Part shown: positions 63,025 to 64,000 of the stretch, in pieces
Position numbering within the stretch: position 1 is the first letter of the stretch
How the letters are laid out: each line of letters starts with the position of its first letter
Notes under the pieces: generated by a model
Told to the model about the DNA's origin: nothing
The model's database searches: none
The model's input: only the letters and a program-made list of their open reading frames with translations
Assembly: GCA_008690995.1 (NCBI GenBank)
Contig: VRMN01000003.1
Location: 620,001 to 684,000, forward strand
Source: Porphyridium purpureum
Lineage: Eukaryota
Direction of reading: 5' to 3'
Length of the DNA stretch: 64,000 nucleotides
Position numbers and translations under genes: made by a program

Positions 63025-63321
63025 GGTGTGTCGGCGTAATGTGTAGCAGGATTCCGCTTTGAATCACCCTCCCGCAACCAAATCTCCCGAACGCTACTCG
63101 TCGTTTGACACAGCCGATTCGCCTGGTCCTTCCCACCCCGCAGGCCAGGTGTCGCAGACAAAAAAGAGGCCGCTGCGCGGAATGGTCCAACGTAGAAGAA
63201 ACCACCATTTATTGTTCAGGTGTACAACAGTACTGTACCTCGGAGAACGTCGCCAGCCACAAAGTGCAAGCTGTCAACAGTGGGAGAGCGTCATGGCCCC
63301 GACGACCCCGCCGGCCCTGGC

Positions 63322-64000
63322 CTACAGCGTCACGACCGGGCGCCCATGCGCCAGCTCACTTGCAGTAGTATGATCCGGTGCGTGCGGCGCACCGGATATT
63401 TCGGCTGTACCGCCATCCTGTTGCGCGCACAAGTCAAACTCCCCGAGAGCAGTGTCACAGCTCTGAGAAACCTCCTCTGTGGGAGGCTTACTGTTCAAAT
63501 ATGTACGAAGATCGTCCACGCTTTGACTCCGAATGTACTTGTCTGCGATTTTCCGATCAATTTTCGCGATGCGGGTCTGTGCATACCAGTCCATCCACTT
63601 TTTCTTGAAACCAGCCAGTCGCAGGAGAAAAAGAAGCAAGGATATGCTGATGAATCCCGCTGTCACCAGAAAGAGCCCGCTCAACTGATTAAATTCCATT
63701 CTGTCACTTGAATCATCCAGACTGCATATCGAGACGCTCGACCCCAAAATTCGGTTCCTTGAAGCCTCCACCACATTCTCACTCCGAGCAACTAGAATAG
63801 CAGAGTCCAGGTCCCTCCGAAATGGCGCATCTTTCCGAAGCGCAATGCCGTAGTTTTGAAGTGCAAATAGAGACCCTCGAGCTGCCAGCTCCGTGCACTC
63901 AGATGTAATGTAAAGGTCTGCAATCGGCGAGTCCATTATTGTTGCTCGGACCGTCCCATCCAAAACAAGGTCGAAGCACTCCTGAATCGAGAAGCACGGC
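63322..64000 (-). CDS. Ionotropic glutamate receptor-like protein, C-terminal part (5' truncated by window)
   Basis: S2 lobe (ATIMDSP, NYGIALRKDAPFRRDLDSAIL), Cys, then MEFNQLSGLFLVTAGFISISLLLF (M4 helix). Confidence 0.75.
   Translation of the reverse strand, partial: PCFSIQECFDLVLDGTVRATIMDSPIADLYITSECTELAARGSLFALQNYGIALRKDAPFRRDLDSAILVARSENVVEASRNRILGSSVSICSLDDSSDRMEFNQLSGLFLVTAGFISISLLLFLLRLAGFKKKWMDWYAQTRIAKIDRKIADKYIRSQSVDDLRTYLNSKPPTEEVSQSCDTALGEFDLCAQQDGGTAEISGAPHAPDHTTASELAHGRPVVTL

Noticed and set aside
1..64000. tRNA/rRNA genes and spliceosomal introns
   Set aside because: None recognised. The tRNA-like 14-mers are primer binding sites; short introns near gene 5' ends cannot be excluded by eye.

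Overview
Eukaryotic nuclear DNA, gene-dense and apparently intron-free. The gene content (pBRP, plastid-targeted proteins with MAF/MGF-type transit peptides, MetH) points to a unicellular red alga; a Porphyridium-like organism is my inference, not proven. Two gene-rich arms (1-19 kb and 40.4-64 kb) hold about 23 host CDSs. They flank a ~21 kb island without recognisable host genes, made of decayed Tc1/mariner and possibly Helitron remnants plus a very young Ty1/copia nest. In the nest, an intact 4,971-bp element (31102-36072, +, TSD CTATC) sits in inverted orientation inside a near-identical copy of itself (27861-37807, -, TSD GCATT). The most unusual genes are: (1) a 1,228-aa fusion of a permuted NlpC/P60 domain, two cNMP-binding domains, an aralar-type EF-hand domain and a mitochondrial carrier; (2) a URC1-URC4 (Urg1-Urg3) uracil-catabolism fusion; (3) an APS reductase fused to a true glutaredoxin; (4) a malate-dehydrogenase-like protein lacking its catalytic residues. 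A GTACAG motif recurs upstream of most genes. All family assignments come from motif recognition by eye; no database searches were run.
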